Source: an uncultured Actinomycetota bacterium (lineage in GTDB: Bacteria > Actinomycetota > Thermoleophilia > Gaiellales > Gaiellaceae). Taken from it: a stretch of DNA of 64,000 nt. Both the position numbers and the translations under genes were made by a program. Every line of letters starts with the position of its first letter. Positions within the stretch are counted from its first letter, which is position 1. The stretch lies in contig CAVYAR010000001.1 of assembly GCA_963766575.1 (NCBI GenBank), forward strand, positions 581,426 through 645,425. Reading direction: 5' to 3'. Positions 27,177 through 36,900 of the stretch are shown here, one piece after another. The notes under the pieces are model-generated. The model had not been told where the DNA came from. It did no database searches and was given only the letters and a program-made list of their open reading frames with translations.

Positions 27177-28181
27177 ATGCGGATCTTCTCGGGCATCCAG
27201 CCCACGGGTGCCAAGCACTTCGGCAACTGGTCGGGCGGCTTTCGCCAGTACGCAGCGACGCAGGAGCGCGCGGCGGACGCTGGCGGCGCGGCGTTCTTCT
27301 GCATCGTCGATCTCCACTCGATCACGGTCGACTACGACCCCGCGGACCTGCGGGAGCGGACCCTCGACCTCGCGGCGCTGCTCTTCGCCACCGGCCTCGA
27401 CCCCGAGCGCTCCACGGTGTTCGCGCAGAGCCACGTGACTGCGCATGCCGAGGCGGCATGGCTGCTCTCGGCGGTGACGAGCTACGGCCAGCTCGGGCGG
27501 ATGACCCAGTTCAAGGAGAAGGGCGACCGCCAGGAGCTCGTGACCGCGGGGCTCTTCACCTACCCGATCCTGATGGCGGGCGACATCCTGCTCTACGGCA
27601 CGGACTTCGTCCCGATCGGCTCCGATCAGCGGCAGCATCTCGAGCTCTCGCGCGACATCGCCGAGCGGTTCAACGCGCGCTTCGGCGAGACGTTCAAGGT
27701 TCCCGACGGGATCTACCCGGAGATCGGCGCCCGGATCATGGATCTGCAGGAGCCGACGAAGAAGATGTCGACGACCGGCGGGACGCCGCAGGGGACGCTG
27801 CTGATGCTCGACCCGCCCGCGACGATCCGGAAGAAGGTCCGCTCTGCCGTCACCGACTCGGGGAGCGAGGTCCGGCGCGACGGTGACAAGCCCGGGGTGA
27901 CGAACCTGATCGACATCATGACCGTCGCGACCGGCGAGTCGGCCGAGGCGATCGAGTCGCGCTACGACGGCGGCGGCTACGGGCAGTTCAAGGGCGACGT
28001 CGCCGAGGCCGTCGTCGAGCTGCTCGGCCCGATCCAGGAGCGCTTCGCGGAGCTGCGCGGCGATCCGGGCGAGCTGACGCGGATGCTCGCCCTGGGCGCC
28101 GCGAAGGCACGCGAGACGGCCGCACCGACGCTGCGCACGATGTACGAGCGCATGGGCTTCGTGCTCCCCGCCGACAGCTAG
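27177..28181 (+). CDS. trpS: tryptophan--tRNA ligase
   Basis: IFSGIQPTG..HFGN (HIGH region), GSDQRQH and KMSTT (KMSKS). Confidence 0.95.
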   Translation: MRIFSGIQPTGAKHFGNWSGGFRQYAATQERAADAGGAAFFCIVDLHSITVDYDPADLRERTLDLAALLFATGLDPERSTVFAQSHVTAHAEAAWLLSAVTSYGQLGRMTQFKEKGDRQELVTAGLFTYPILMAGDILLYGTDFVPIGSDQRQHLELSRDIAERFNARFGETFKVPDGIYPEIGARIMDLQEPTKKMSTTGGTPQGTLLMLDPPATIRKKVRSAVTDSGSEVRRDGDKPGVTNLIDIMTVATGESAEAIESRYDGGGYGQFKGDVAEAVVELLGPIQERFAELRGDPGELTRMLALGAAKARETAAPTLRTMYERMGFVLPADS

Positions 28182-28684
28182 AGCGGCTTGAAGAGGCTCA
28201 CCGAGCGTTCGCGGTAGCCCATCCGGTCGCGCCAGAACGGGAGCGAGGCCGGGCTCCGCAGGAACGTGTCGGTGAAGGCGAGCGTCGCACCGTGCTCGCG
28301 GCCCCAGCGCTCGGCGGCTTCGACGAGCGCGCTCGCGACGCCGCGCCGGCGCTGCGCTTCGCCGGTCGCGAGGTATTCGATCGAGAGCCGCGTCTCCGCG
28401 AACGCGGGGTTCCACTGGTAGCGCGCGTCGCCGAGCGCAGGCACGATGTGCGCGAAGATCGCGGCCGCCGGCTCCCCGTCGAGCTCGGCGACGAGCGCGA
28501 GCGAGCCGTCGGAGGGCTCGAGCTCGCCCTCGATGTAGGTGGCGAGGCCGTCTTCCTCGGGCAGCTGGAAGTCGTCAGGGGCGAAGGCGAGGTAGTAGGC
28601 CGCCCCTTCGAGGTGGATCCGGGCAAGCGCGGCCCCGTCGCCCGCCCGGGCCGGCCGGACGAGCACGTCGGGGTAGATGCTCAT
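28178..28684 (-). CDS. GNAT family N-acetyltransferase
   Basis: 168 aa with an acetyl-CoA loop RRRGVASALVEAAERWGREHG. Confidence 0.8.
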   Translation of the reverse strand: MSIYPDVLVRPARAGDGAALARIHLEGAAYYLAFAPDDFQLPEEDGLATYIEGELEPSDGSLALVAELDGEPAAAIFAHIVPALGDARYQWNPAFAETRLSIEYLATGEAQRRRGVASALVEAAERWGREHGATLAFTDTFLRSPASLPFWRDRMGYRERSVSLFKPL

Positions 28685-29373
28685 CGCGCGCCCGTCTCCC
28701 GGAGCGCTGCGACCTCGTCAGCGGTGAGCTCGCGCCAGTCGCCCGCCGCGAGCCCGCCGAGCTCGAGCGGCCCATAGCGGCTCCGGTGGAGCCGCAGAAC
28801 CGGGTGACCGACGGCGGCGAGCATCCGCTTCACCTGATGCTTGCGGCCCTCGTGCAGGACGAGCTCGACGCGTCCGCGGGCCGTGCGCCGCGCTCTTGCG
28901 GGAGCGGTGCGTCCGTCGCCGAGCTCCACTCCGCTCTCGAGCGCGGCGATCTCCTCCGGTCCCGGGTCACCCTCGACCTCGGCGACGTAGACCTTGTCGA
29001 CCTCGTAGCGCGGATGGGCGAGCCGGTGGGCGAGCTCGCCGTCGTTCGTGAGCAGGAGGGCACCGGTTGTGTCCGCGTCCAGCCGGCCGACGGGAACCAC
29101 GCGGGCCGGGTGCCTGACGAGCCCGACCACGGTCGGACGGCCGTGCGGGTCGCGTGCCGTCGTCACCACGCCGGCCGGCTTGTTGAGGAGCACGTAGGCG
29201 AGCTGCTCGCGCTCGAGCGGTCGCCCGTCGAGCTCCACGCGGTCTCGGCTCTCGACGAAGGTGTTCAGCCGGCCGGGTTCGCCGTTCACGGTCACTCGGC
29301 CCTTCTTGATCAGCTCGTCGGCGCCGCGCCGGGAGGCGACCCCGGCTCGCGCCAGCCACGCGTTCAACCGCAT
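28681..29373 (-). CDS. rluB: pseudouridine synthase (RluB/RsuA family) with S4 domain
   Basis: S4 motif RLNAWLARAGVASRRGADELIKKGRVTVNG and catalytic GRLDADTTGALLLTNDGEL. Confidence 0.88.
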   Translation of the reverse strand: MRLNAWLARAGVASRRGADELIKKGRVTVNGEPGRLNTFVESRDRVELDGRPLEREQLAYVLLNKPAGVVTTARDPHGRPTVVGLVRHPARVVPVGRLDADTTGALLLTNDGELAHRLAHPRYEVDKVYVAEVEGDPGPEEIAALESGVELGDGRTAPARARRTARGRVELVLHEGRKHQVKRMLAAVGHPVLRLHRSRYGPLELGGLAAGDWRELTADEVAALRETGAR

Positions 29374-29401
29374 GACCCAAACCTACTGCCGTCCCCGCCC
29401 G

Positions 29402-30004
29402 CTAGTAGACCGAGTGGCGGAACACGCGCTTCGAGGTCGAGGCGCCCGTGACCTCGACGATCGTCACGAAGTGGTTGCTGATCCCGACCGTGTAGGTCCC
29501 CACGATCGGAGCCCCCTTCGAGTCGATGTAGAGAACGCCCATCGCACTGCCGCCGCCGTCGGCAGGTTCGACGGCAACCGCCATGTGCGTGCCGCCGACG
29601 AGGACGCCGTCACCTTGCTTGAGCTCGATGATCTTCGCCTTCGCGGTCCCGCCGGGGATTCGCGGATAGCTCGAAAGCGACGGCTCCTTCTCGTACTTCT
29701 TCGGGGTCACGCTCCCCGGTGCGTCGACCCCGACGAGGTCGTCGAGCGTCACGATCGCCCAGCCCTTGCGCACGCTCGAGCCCGGCCCGCCCGGGTCGTG
29801 GAAACAGGCGACGCTCGGCCCCTGCGGCTCCTTCGTGAGGGTGCAGTAGATGTCGCTCCCTGTCATGTGCATGTAGCTCGGGGCACGCACCGTGATCAGG
29901 GCGGCCGCGTGCGTGTTGCCGCCGATCGCGGACGGAACGAGCACCGCCGCGACGGCGAGCAGGGTCAGCGGAAGACTCACCCTCGGTAGCCAGCGAGGAG
30001 TCAT
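29402..30004 (-). CDS. hypothetical secreted protein (200 aa)
   Basis: Signal-like N-terminus LPLTLLAVAAVLVPSAIGG. No family recognised. Confidence 0.55.
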   Translation of the reverse strand: MTPRWLPRVSLPLTLLAVAAVLVPSAIGGNTHAAALITVRAPSYMHMTGSDIYCTLTKEPQGPSVACFHDPGGPGSSVRKGWAIVTLDDLVGVDAPGSVTPKKYEKEPSLSSYPRIPGGTAKAKIIELKQGDGVLVGGTHMAVAVEPADGGGSAMGVLYIDSKGAPIVGTYTVGISNHFVTIVEVTGASTSKRVFRHSVY

Positions 30005-30055
30005 GCGCCGCGGAGTATGGCACGCGCGCGGCGCGAGCGCCGGGCGCCGCCACCG

Positions 30056-30583
30056 TCAGAAGAGGAGCGCTGCTAGCCGCTTGCGGTAGGTGACCGAGAG
30101 CGGGTGTGACTGCCCGAGCTCGCCGAACAGCTCGACCATCGTCGCCCTGGCCTCGTCGCGGTGCGCGGGGTCGCCGGCCCGCGCGAGCAGGGTCGCGAGC
30201 GCGCTCTCGTAGTTGCCGCCTCGGAGCGAGGTGGCGAGCTCCTCGTCCTCGACCGTCTCGGAGAGCGGCGGCCGCGTGAGCTCGTCGAGGAACTCGTCGA
30301 CCGCCGGCCGCGAGCGGGCGCCGGTGAACTCGGCAACCACCTCCCCGTTCCGGAACGCCTTCACCGCCGGGATCCCGGAGACGTCGAACCGCCGCGCGAG
30401 CTCCTTGTTCGAGTCGACGTCGACCTTCGCCAGCACGAGGTCGCGCCCCTCGACCGCCGCCTCGAGCACCGGCGTCAACCGCTTGCACGGCCCGCACCAT
30501 TCGGCCCAGAAGTCGACCACCACGGGTTCGCGCGCCGAACGCTCGATCACCTCGGCCGCGAACGTCTCCTCAGTGACGTCCAT
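30056..30583 (-). CDS. thioredoxin-domain protein with short helical C-terminal domain (compact YbbN/CnoX-like)
   Basis: VVDFWAEWCGPCK active site, then a ~70-aa helical tail. Confidence 0.85.
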   Translation of the reverse strand: MDVTEETFAAEVIERSAREPVVVDFWAEWCGPCKRLTPVLEAAVEGRDLVLAKVDVDSNKELARRFDVSGIPAVKAFRNGEVVAEFTGARSRPAVDEFLDELTRPPLSETVEDEELATSLRGGNYESALATLLARAGDPAHRDEARATMVELFGELGQSHPLSVTYRKRLAALLF

Positions 30584-30729
30584 TGCCCTCAGAACGTCGC
30601 CTGGCCGCGACCCCTTCCCGGCACGAACGCACGGCGGCTGCGCGCCCGGAAGTTGGCGCGGCCGGACGGAGCCGCGCGAACCGAGGCGCGTCCGAACCTG
30701 CGACCTTCGAAGCCTGCACGATTGCCTCC

Positions 30730-30787
30730 CGACCGTTTTTGCGTGACCGTTTCTTGCCTGACCGTAATTACATGCCCGTTTTGGTCA
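30730..30787. repeat. four imperfect tandem 14-15-bp repeats, core TG(A/C)CCGT followed by T/A-rich spacer
   Basis: cGACCGTttttgcg / TGACCGTttcttgcc / TGACCGTaattaca / TGCCCGTtttggtca, in the AT-richest part of the 383-bp scpB-thioredoxin intergenic region. Confidence 0.75.
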
Positions 30788-30966
30788 TGTGCGAGAGCGC
30801 ACCCCCGCATGGGGGGAGCCTGTGCCCCTTCCGGCACGCTATCGCGCCGGCCACGGCGCGGGTGTGCCGACTTCGGAACGATTCGTCCACACTCCGCCGG
30901 AGCGGACAGGGCGTGCCGCACGGCGGCCGAGGTCGCCGGCGGAGCCCCGGAGCTTCGCCAAGAGGG

Positions 30967-31566
30967 CTAGGCCGGGCGGCGCTCGGCGACGGCTTCGAGC
31001 CGCTCGCGGATCTCGACCGCATCGGCGCCCACGTCGTCGAGCCGCGGGAGCTCGGCGAGCGATTCGAGACCGAAGACGCGTTCGAAGAGCTGCGTCGTCG
31101 CGTAGCGGACGGCGCCGAACTCGCGCTCGCGCCCCGACTCGGCGACGAGGCCGCGCTCGACCAGGCCGGCGACGGCGGCATCGGCGCTCACGCCGCGGAT
31201 GCGCGCGATCTCGGGCCGGGTGCAGGGCCCGGTGTAGGCGACGACCGCGAGCGTCTCGAGCGCGGCCCGGCTCAGCCCGCGCTCGACTGGGCGTTCGTAG
31301 AGACGGGCACAGGCCTCGGCGGCTGCACGCGAGGCGCGGAATGCGAACCCGCCCGCAACGTGTTCGAGCACGATCCCGCTCCGACCCTCGCGGAAGCGGT
31401 CGGCGAGCAGCTCGATCGCATCCGAGACACGGTCGGCGTCGTCGCCGGTGGCGGCGGCGAGCTCCTCCTCGGAGAGCGGCGTCGAGGCGACGACGAGCAG
31501 CGCTTCGATCGTGCGGGCGAGCTCCTCGACCGGGTTCGAGACGACTAGCCGGAGTGGGCGGTCCAT
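30967..31566 (-). CDS. scpB: SMC-Scp complex subunit ScpB
   Basis: IEALLVVASTPLSEEELA..., two wHTH repeats and SRAALETLAVVAYTGPCTRPEIARIRGV. ATG 31566 overlaps the scpA end by 22 nt. Confidence 0.88.
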   Translation of the reverse strand: MDRPLRLVVSNPVEELARTIEALLVVASTPLSEEELAAATGDDADRVSDAIELLADRFREGRSGIVLEHVAGGFAFRASRAAAEACARLYERPVERGLSRAALETLAVVAYTGPCTRPEIARIRGVSADAAVAGLVERGLVAESGREREFGAVRYATTQLFERVFGLESLAELPRLDDVGADAVEIRERLEAVAERRPA

Positions 31567-32312
31567 GAGAGGCTCCTTTCGGCGGCGGAACGGACAATCC
31601 TGATCGGGGCGAAGGGTGAGGCCTGCTCGACCGCCAGCTCGCGCTGCTTGGCGAGCTCGAGCAGCGCGAGAAACGCGACCGCAACCTCGACGCGGGAAAG
31701 GCCTTCGACCTCGTGGTCGAAGTCGAGTCGGGCGCGCCGGCGCAGCAGCGAGCGCCACCGTTCGAGAAACTGCGTGATCGGCGGAAACTCGAGCGCCATG
31801 TGCGCGGTCGAGAGCGCAGGCGGCTCGACGACGAGCGACCGGATCGCCTCGGCGAGACGCAAGGGATCCTGCGAGGCGAGCACCGGCTCGGGGCGCGCGG
31901 GCGCGAGCGGCCCCGGGCCGAGCCGGAAGTACCGGTCGCGCGAGCCCTCGAGGCGCTCGGCGAGCCACACAGCGGCGTCCTTCGCGCGCCGGTACTCGGA
32001 GAGCCGGCGTGCCAACTCCTCGGCCGCCGCCTCCGGCTCGAGCTCGGCGAGCTCCGACTCCTCGTCCGGGAAGAGACCGCGCGCCTTCAGCTCGAGCAGC
32101 GCGGAGATCAGGACGAGGAACTCACCGCACGCGTCGAGATCGAGTCGGTCGTTCTCGGAGAGGTGCTGCAGGAAGGCGAGCACGATCTCGGCGAGATCGA
32201 CCTCGCGGAGCGGCAGCTCGTCGCGGAGGACGAGCGAGAGCAGGAGATCGAACGGACCCTCGAACGCGTCGAGGTCGAGCTCGAGCTCGCCGACAGGGGC
32301 TGCCACGGCCAT
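31545..32312 (-). CDS. scpA: segregation and condensation protein A (ScpA kleisin)
   Basis: LDAFEGPFDLLLSLV and VAVAFLALLELAK motifs. ATG 32312. The upstream part of the 590-aa track ORF is an off-frame lgt shadow. Confidence 0.88.
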   Translation of the reverse strand: MAVAAPVGELELDLDAFEGPFDLLLSLVLRDELPLREVDLAEIVLAFLQHLSENDRLDLDACGEFLVLISALLELKARGLFPDEESELAELEPEAAAEELARRLSEYRRAKDAAVWLAERLEGSRDRYFRLGPGPLAPARPEPVLASQDPLRLAEAIRSLVVEPPALSTAHMALEFPPITQFLERWRSLLRRRARLDFDHEVEGLSRVEVAVAFLALLELAKQRELAVEQASPFAPIRIVRSAAERSLSWTAHSG

Positions 32313-32371
32313 CGGCCGCAGGCTAGCTCCGGCCTCGGACGCGATCCTTCGGCCCGAAGAGCCCGGCCGCG

Positions 32372-33277
32372 CTACCGGGCGCGGCCCTTGGGGACGGCCA
32401 TCTTCGGCCGCGCGGGGTCCGGCTGAGGCCTCGGTTTGGCGTGGACCGTCCCGCCTCTGCCCGAGCCGCCCCGGCCGAGCACCTGCCACCAGACGAAGAA
32501 CGCCGTGGCGCCGACGAAGCAGACGACGGAAACCCAGGCGTTGAGGCGCAGCCCGGCAAAGTGGTGCGAAGGATCGATCCGCAGCAGCTCTTCGAAGAAG
32601 CGTCCGAAGCAGTAGTAGGCAACATAGAGCGCAAAGAGCGCGGGCGGCCTGAACGTGTAGCGCTTGTCGAGCCAGAGCAGGAGGGCGACACCGGCGAGGT
32701 CCCAGATCAGCTCGTAGAGGAACGTCGGCTGGTAGGCCCTCGCGCCGAGGTACTTGTCGGGGAGCCCGCCCTGGTGGAGCGAGTCGATCTTGAGGCCCCA
32801 GGGCAGGCTCGTGGGCTTGCCGTAGAGCTCCTGGTTCCACCAGTTGCCGATGCGCCCGACGCCCTGGGCGAGCAGAAGGCCCGGCGCGACCGCATCCATG
32901 AACGCCGCCCCGCTGACCCCCGCGCGCCGGACGACGATGACGCCGGCGATCGTGCCGAACAGGATCCCGCCCCAGATGCCGAGGCCGCCCTTCCAAACCT
33001 CGAAGACCCCCTGCCACTTGGGCGAAGGCACCTGGTTCCACGAGCTGAGGTCGTGGTAGAGCCGGGCACCGATCACGCCGGCCCCGACCCCCCAGACCGT
33101 GACGCGGATCACGAGGTCCGAATCGCCGCCCTGCCGCTTCCAGCGAACGGTGGTCATCCAGACGCATAGCAGGATCGCGACGAGCAGCGTCAGGCCGTAG
33201 AGGTGGATCGAGAGCGGCCCGACGTGGATGACCCCGCTCGAAGGCGAAGGAATGAATCCGAGCACGGCCCCCATCAC
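32372..33277 (-). CDS. lgt: prolipoprotein diacylglyceryl transferase
   Basis: IHLYGL, GARLYH, GGLGIWGG, GRIGNWWNQELYG and QPTFLYE motifs, with a basic C-terminal tail. Confidence 0.9.
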   Translation of the reverse strand: MMGAVLGFIPSPSSGVIHVGPLSIHLYGLTLLVAILLCVWMTTVRWKRQGGDSDLVIRVTVWGVGAGVIGARLYHDLSSWNQVPSPKWQGVFEVWKGGLGIWGGILFGTIAGVIVVRRAGVSGAAFMDAVAPGLLLAQGVGRIGNWWNQELYGKPTSLPWGLKIDSLHQGGLPDKYLGARAYQPTFLYELIWDLAGVALLLWLDKRYTFRPPALFALYVAYYCFGRFFEELLRIDPSHHFAGLRLNAWVSVVCFVGATAFFVWWQVLGRGGSGRGGTVHAKPRPQPDPARPKMAVPKGRAR

Positions 33278-33364
33278 GCCGCATAATGCCCGACACGGGC
33301 ACGACCCGCCGCGACATGCGCCGCCGGCTCGGTCTCAGTGTGTTCTAGCCGCTCGCCTGGCAAC

Positions 33365-33403
33365 GGCGAAACGAAAGCGAGCACGGGCTCTGCCCGTGCT
33401 CGC
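33365..33403 (-). terminator. intrinsic terminator-like hairpin (12-bp GC-rich stem, 3-nt loop) followed on the minus strand by TTTCGTTTCG
   Basis: GCGAGCACGGGC-tct-GCCCGTGCTCGC at 33377-33403, about 90 nt downstream of the stop of the 75-aa ORF. Confidence 0.6.
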
Positions 33404-33490
33404 AAGGTGCGAAGAGGGAACCGGCCGAGCGTGCAAATCTAGGATCTGCAGGTGCGGGCTTCACGCTCGCGCTCGGAAGACCTGACTCCC

Positions 33491-33718
33491 CTAGAGAAGA
33501 ATCCGTAGTGCGAGCTCCGGCTTGCAGCCGGCCTCGACGAGCTCGATCGCGCGGTGGAGATCGACGTCCGGCCTCGCTGCGAGCTCGTATGCGGAGACGA
33601 TGTCGTACCCGACCTTCTCGAGCGCTTCGGCGCGCCAACGCTCGACCTTCTCGGACTCGGTTTCAACGGGGTTCAGCTCTGTAGCAGCCATCGTCTCTGT
33701 CTCCTCTGGGTCTTTCAT
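33491..33718 (-). CDS. hypothetical small acidic protein (75 aa)
   Basis: Stand-alone ORF between dnaE and lgt, flanked by AT-richer DNA and followed by a terminator hairpin. An alternative ATG is 9 codons in. Confidence 0.5.
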   Translation of the reverse strand: MKDPEETETMAATELNPVETESEKVERWRAEALEKVGYDIVSAYELAARPDVDLHRAIELVEAGCKPELALRILL

Positions 33719-33952
33719 CGGTGTATTCGGTTAAACGCATTAGAGGGTTCTTCGTCTGCCGTCCTACACCGAGGATTTACGGAGAAATAACAGTCCTCTG
33801 AGCCCGTACCAAGATTCACGCCTCGAATGCCCGTTCCGGGCTTCCTACCCGTGCTTCGAGTCGGGTAATCGACCTCTCGACGGGCACCATGAGCCGGAAT
33901 CCAGGCGAGCTCGGCGTCGCCCCGCTAGACGACAAGGCCCTCAGAGGGACTA

Positions 33953-36900
33953 TCAGGCGAGCGCGGACTCGCCGAGGAGCGCGCGCACCTCCGCGAAGAA
34001 GTCCGGATGCGGCTCGACCTTGTAGCCCGTGCCGAACCGGAGCAGGAGCGGGCCCTGCGACGTCGCGCAGGCGACCTCGACGAGGCTCTCGCCCGGAAAG
34101 TCGCTGACGATCGTCTTCAGGTCGCCGATCGTTCCCGCCGAGGCCCGGGCGGCGTCGATCTTGATCCGGATCGTGCGCTTGGCGGCGACGGATTCGAAGG
34201 CCGAGATCTCCTGGGCGAGCAGCTTCGTCTCGCCTTCCTTGTGGTCGACGCGGCCCTTGACGATCACGATCCGGTCGACGACGCAGAGGTCGGTGGCCGC
34301 GGCGTAGGCGCCCGCGAAGACGACGCAGTCGACACCGCCGGTGGCATCGTCGAGCCGCAGGAACACCATCTGCTCACCGCGTTTGGTCGTGAGCTGGCGA
34401 ACTTCGCTGACGATGCCGCCGACGGTCACGTTCTCGCCGTCGCGGCGGCGCTCGAGCTCGGCGAGCGTCGCATCGGTCTTGGCGCGCAGCTCGCCACGCA
34501 GCGCCGAGAGCGGGTGCTCGGAGACGTACAGGCCGAGCGTCTCCTTCTCGAGCCGCAAGAGGTCGGGCTTCTCGAACTCCTCGCTCGGGACGTGCGGATG
34601 GTGCTTCTCACCGGTCGTCTCGGCCCCGCCGAACTGCCCCTCGTCGAAGATCGAGCCCTGGCCGGCGAGGCGATCGGCCTGCTGCTTCTGCCCGTAGGCG
34701 AGCGCCTGCTCGAGCACCTGGAGCATCCCGAGGCGCGAGCCGGGGAGCGCTCCGCACTTCACGAGCGACTCGAGAGCGCGCTTGTTGACCACCGACGGGT
34801 CGACGCGCTCGGTGAAGTCCCAGATCGACTCGAACGCCCCGCCCTCCTCGCGCGCCCGGATGATCGTGCGGCACGCGAGCTCGCCGACGCCCTTGACGGC
34901 GTTCAGCCCGAAGCGGATCTTGCCGCCGACGACGGCGAAGTCGGTCTGCGACTCGTTCACGTCGGGGGGCAGCACCTCGATCCCGAGTTCGTGGCAGGCG
35001 TTGACGTAGAACGGCACGCGGTCCTTGGTGCTCATCACCGAGCTGATCAGCGCCGCCATGTACTCGCAGGGGTGGTGGCAGCGCAGCCAGGCGGTGCGGT
35101 AGGAGATCAGTGCGTAGCAGGCTGCGTGCGATTTGTTGAACGAGTAGTCCTGCGCCTTCTCCATGTCCTCCCAGAGCTGGCGCGCAACCGAGTCGCTCGT
35201 CGAGTTCGCGATCGCGCCCTCGATGAACTTGTCCTTCAGCGACGCCATCAGGGCGTGGATCTTCTTGCCGATCGCCTTGCGGAGATCGTCCGCCTCGGCG
35301 GGGCTGAAGCCGCCGACCTGCTTGGCGATCTCCATCGACTGCTCCTGGTAGATCGAGATCCCGTAGCTGTCGCCGAGGATCGGCTTCAACCGCGGGTCGA
35401 GGTAAGTAACGGGCTCCTTGCCGTTCTTCCGGGCGGCGTAGTTCGGGATGTACTGCATCGGGCCCGGTCGGTAGAGCGCGACGAGCGCGATCAGATCCTC
35501 GAACTCGGTCGGCTTCACGAGACGCAGTGCCTCGCGCATGCCTGACGACTCGAACTGGAAGACGCCGTTGGCCTCGCCTTTCGCGAGCATCTCGTAGGTC
35601 TTCCTGTCGTCCATCGGGATCTGGGTGATGTCGAGGTTCCCGATCAGCTCGACGGCCTTGTCGATCACGTCGAGGTTGCGCAGCCCGAGGAAGTCGATCT
35701 TCAGCAGGCCGACGGCCTCGACATGGCCGCCGGAGTACTGGGTGACGACCTCCTGGTCGGAGCCCTTCTGCTGGAGCGGGACGACGTCCATCAGCGGCTG
35801 GGCGCCGATCACGACCGCCGCGGCGTGGATCCCGTCCTGGCGCGTCAAGCCTTCGAGCGGCCGGGCGAGCTCGATGATCTCCTTCGCGATCGGGTCGGAG
35901 TCGACGGCCTTGCGCAGCTCCGCCCCCGGCTTCAGGCACTCCTCGAGCGTCTGGCCCGGCCCTTCCGGGATCAGCTTCGCGATCCGGTCGACCGTGCCGT
36001 ACGGGATCTCGAGCACGCGGCCGGCGTCGCGCACCACGGCGCGCGCGGCCATCGTGCCGAAGGTGATGATCTGCGCCACCCGATCGCGCCCGTATTTCTC
36101 GGTGACGTAGTTGATCACCCGCTCGCGGCCGGCGACCGCGAAGTCGAGGTCGGCGTCTGGCAACTGCTTGCGACCTGGGTTCAGGAACCGCTCGAACAGG
36201 AGGCCGTAGCGGATCGGGTCGACGTCGGTGATCTCGAGGCAGTAGGCGACGAGCGAGCCCGCTGTCGAGCCGCGGCCGGGGCCGACGCTGATCCCGTCGC
36301 CCTTGGCGAAGTGGATGATGTCCCAGACGATCAGGAAGTAGTCGGTGAAGCCCATCTCCTTGATCGTCTTCAGCTCGAAGCGGAGCCGGTCGCGCAGCGT
36401 GTCGTCGATCGTTCCGTACCGCCTGTTCAAGCCCGTCTCGCACAGCTCGACGAGGTAGTCGAAGGCGTCGCGGTCGTTCGGCGTCGGGAACTTCGGCAGC
36501 AGGATCCGGCCGACCTCGATCTCGACGTTGCAGCGCTCCGCGACCTCGAGCGTGCGGCGCAGCGCGTCGGCATGGCCGGGGAAGTCGCCCGCCATCTCCT
36601 CGGGCGTCTTGAAGAAGAAGTGATCGGTCTCGAACTTCCAGTGATTCGGGTTCTTCAGCGAGTCGCCCGACTGGATGCAGAGCAGCGCCTCGTGCGCGCG
36701 GGCATCCTCGTGGCGGAGGTAGTGGACATCGCCCGTGGCGACGGTCGGGAGACCGGTCGCGGCAGCCAACTCGGCGAGCTGGGGCAGCAGCTTGGCCTGA
36801 ACGTCGAGGTGGGCGTTCTGGAGCTCGACGTAGACCGAATCGCGCCCGAACACCTGCGCCAGCCGGTCGAGCTCCGTCCTCGCATCGCCGGGGCGGTTCT

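Noticed and set aside
30883-30891. TCGTCCACA matches 8 of 9 positions of the actinobacterial DnaA box TTGTCCACA.
   Set aside because: It is a single isolated copy far from dnaA/dnaN, with no cluster of boxes or AT-rich unwinding element typical of oriC.
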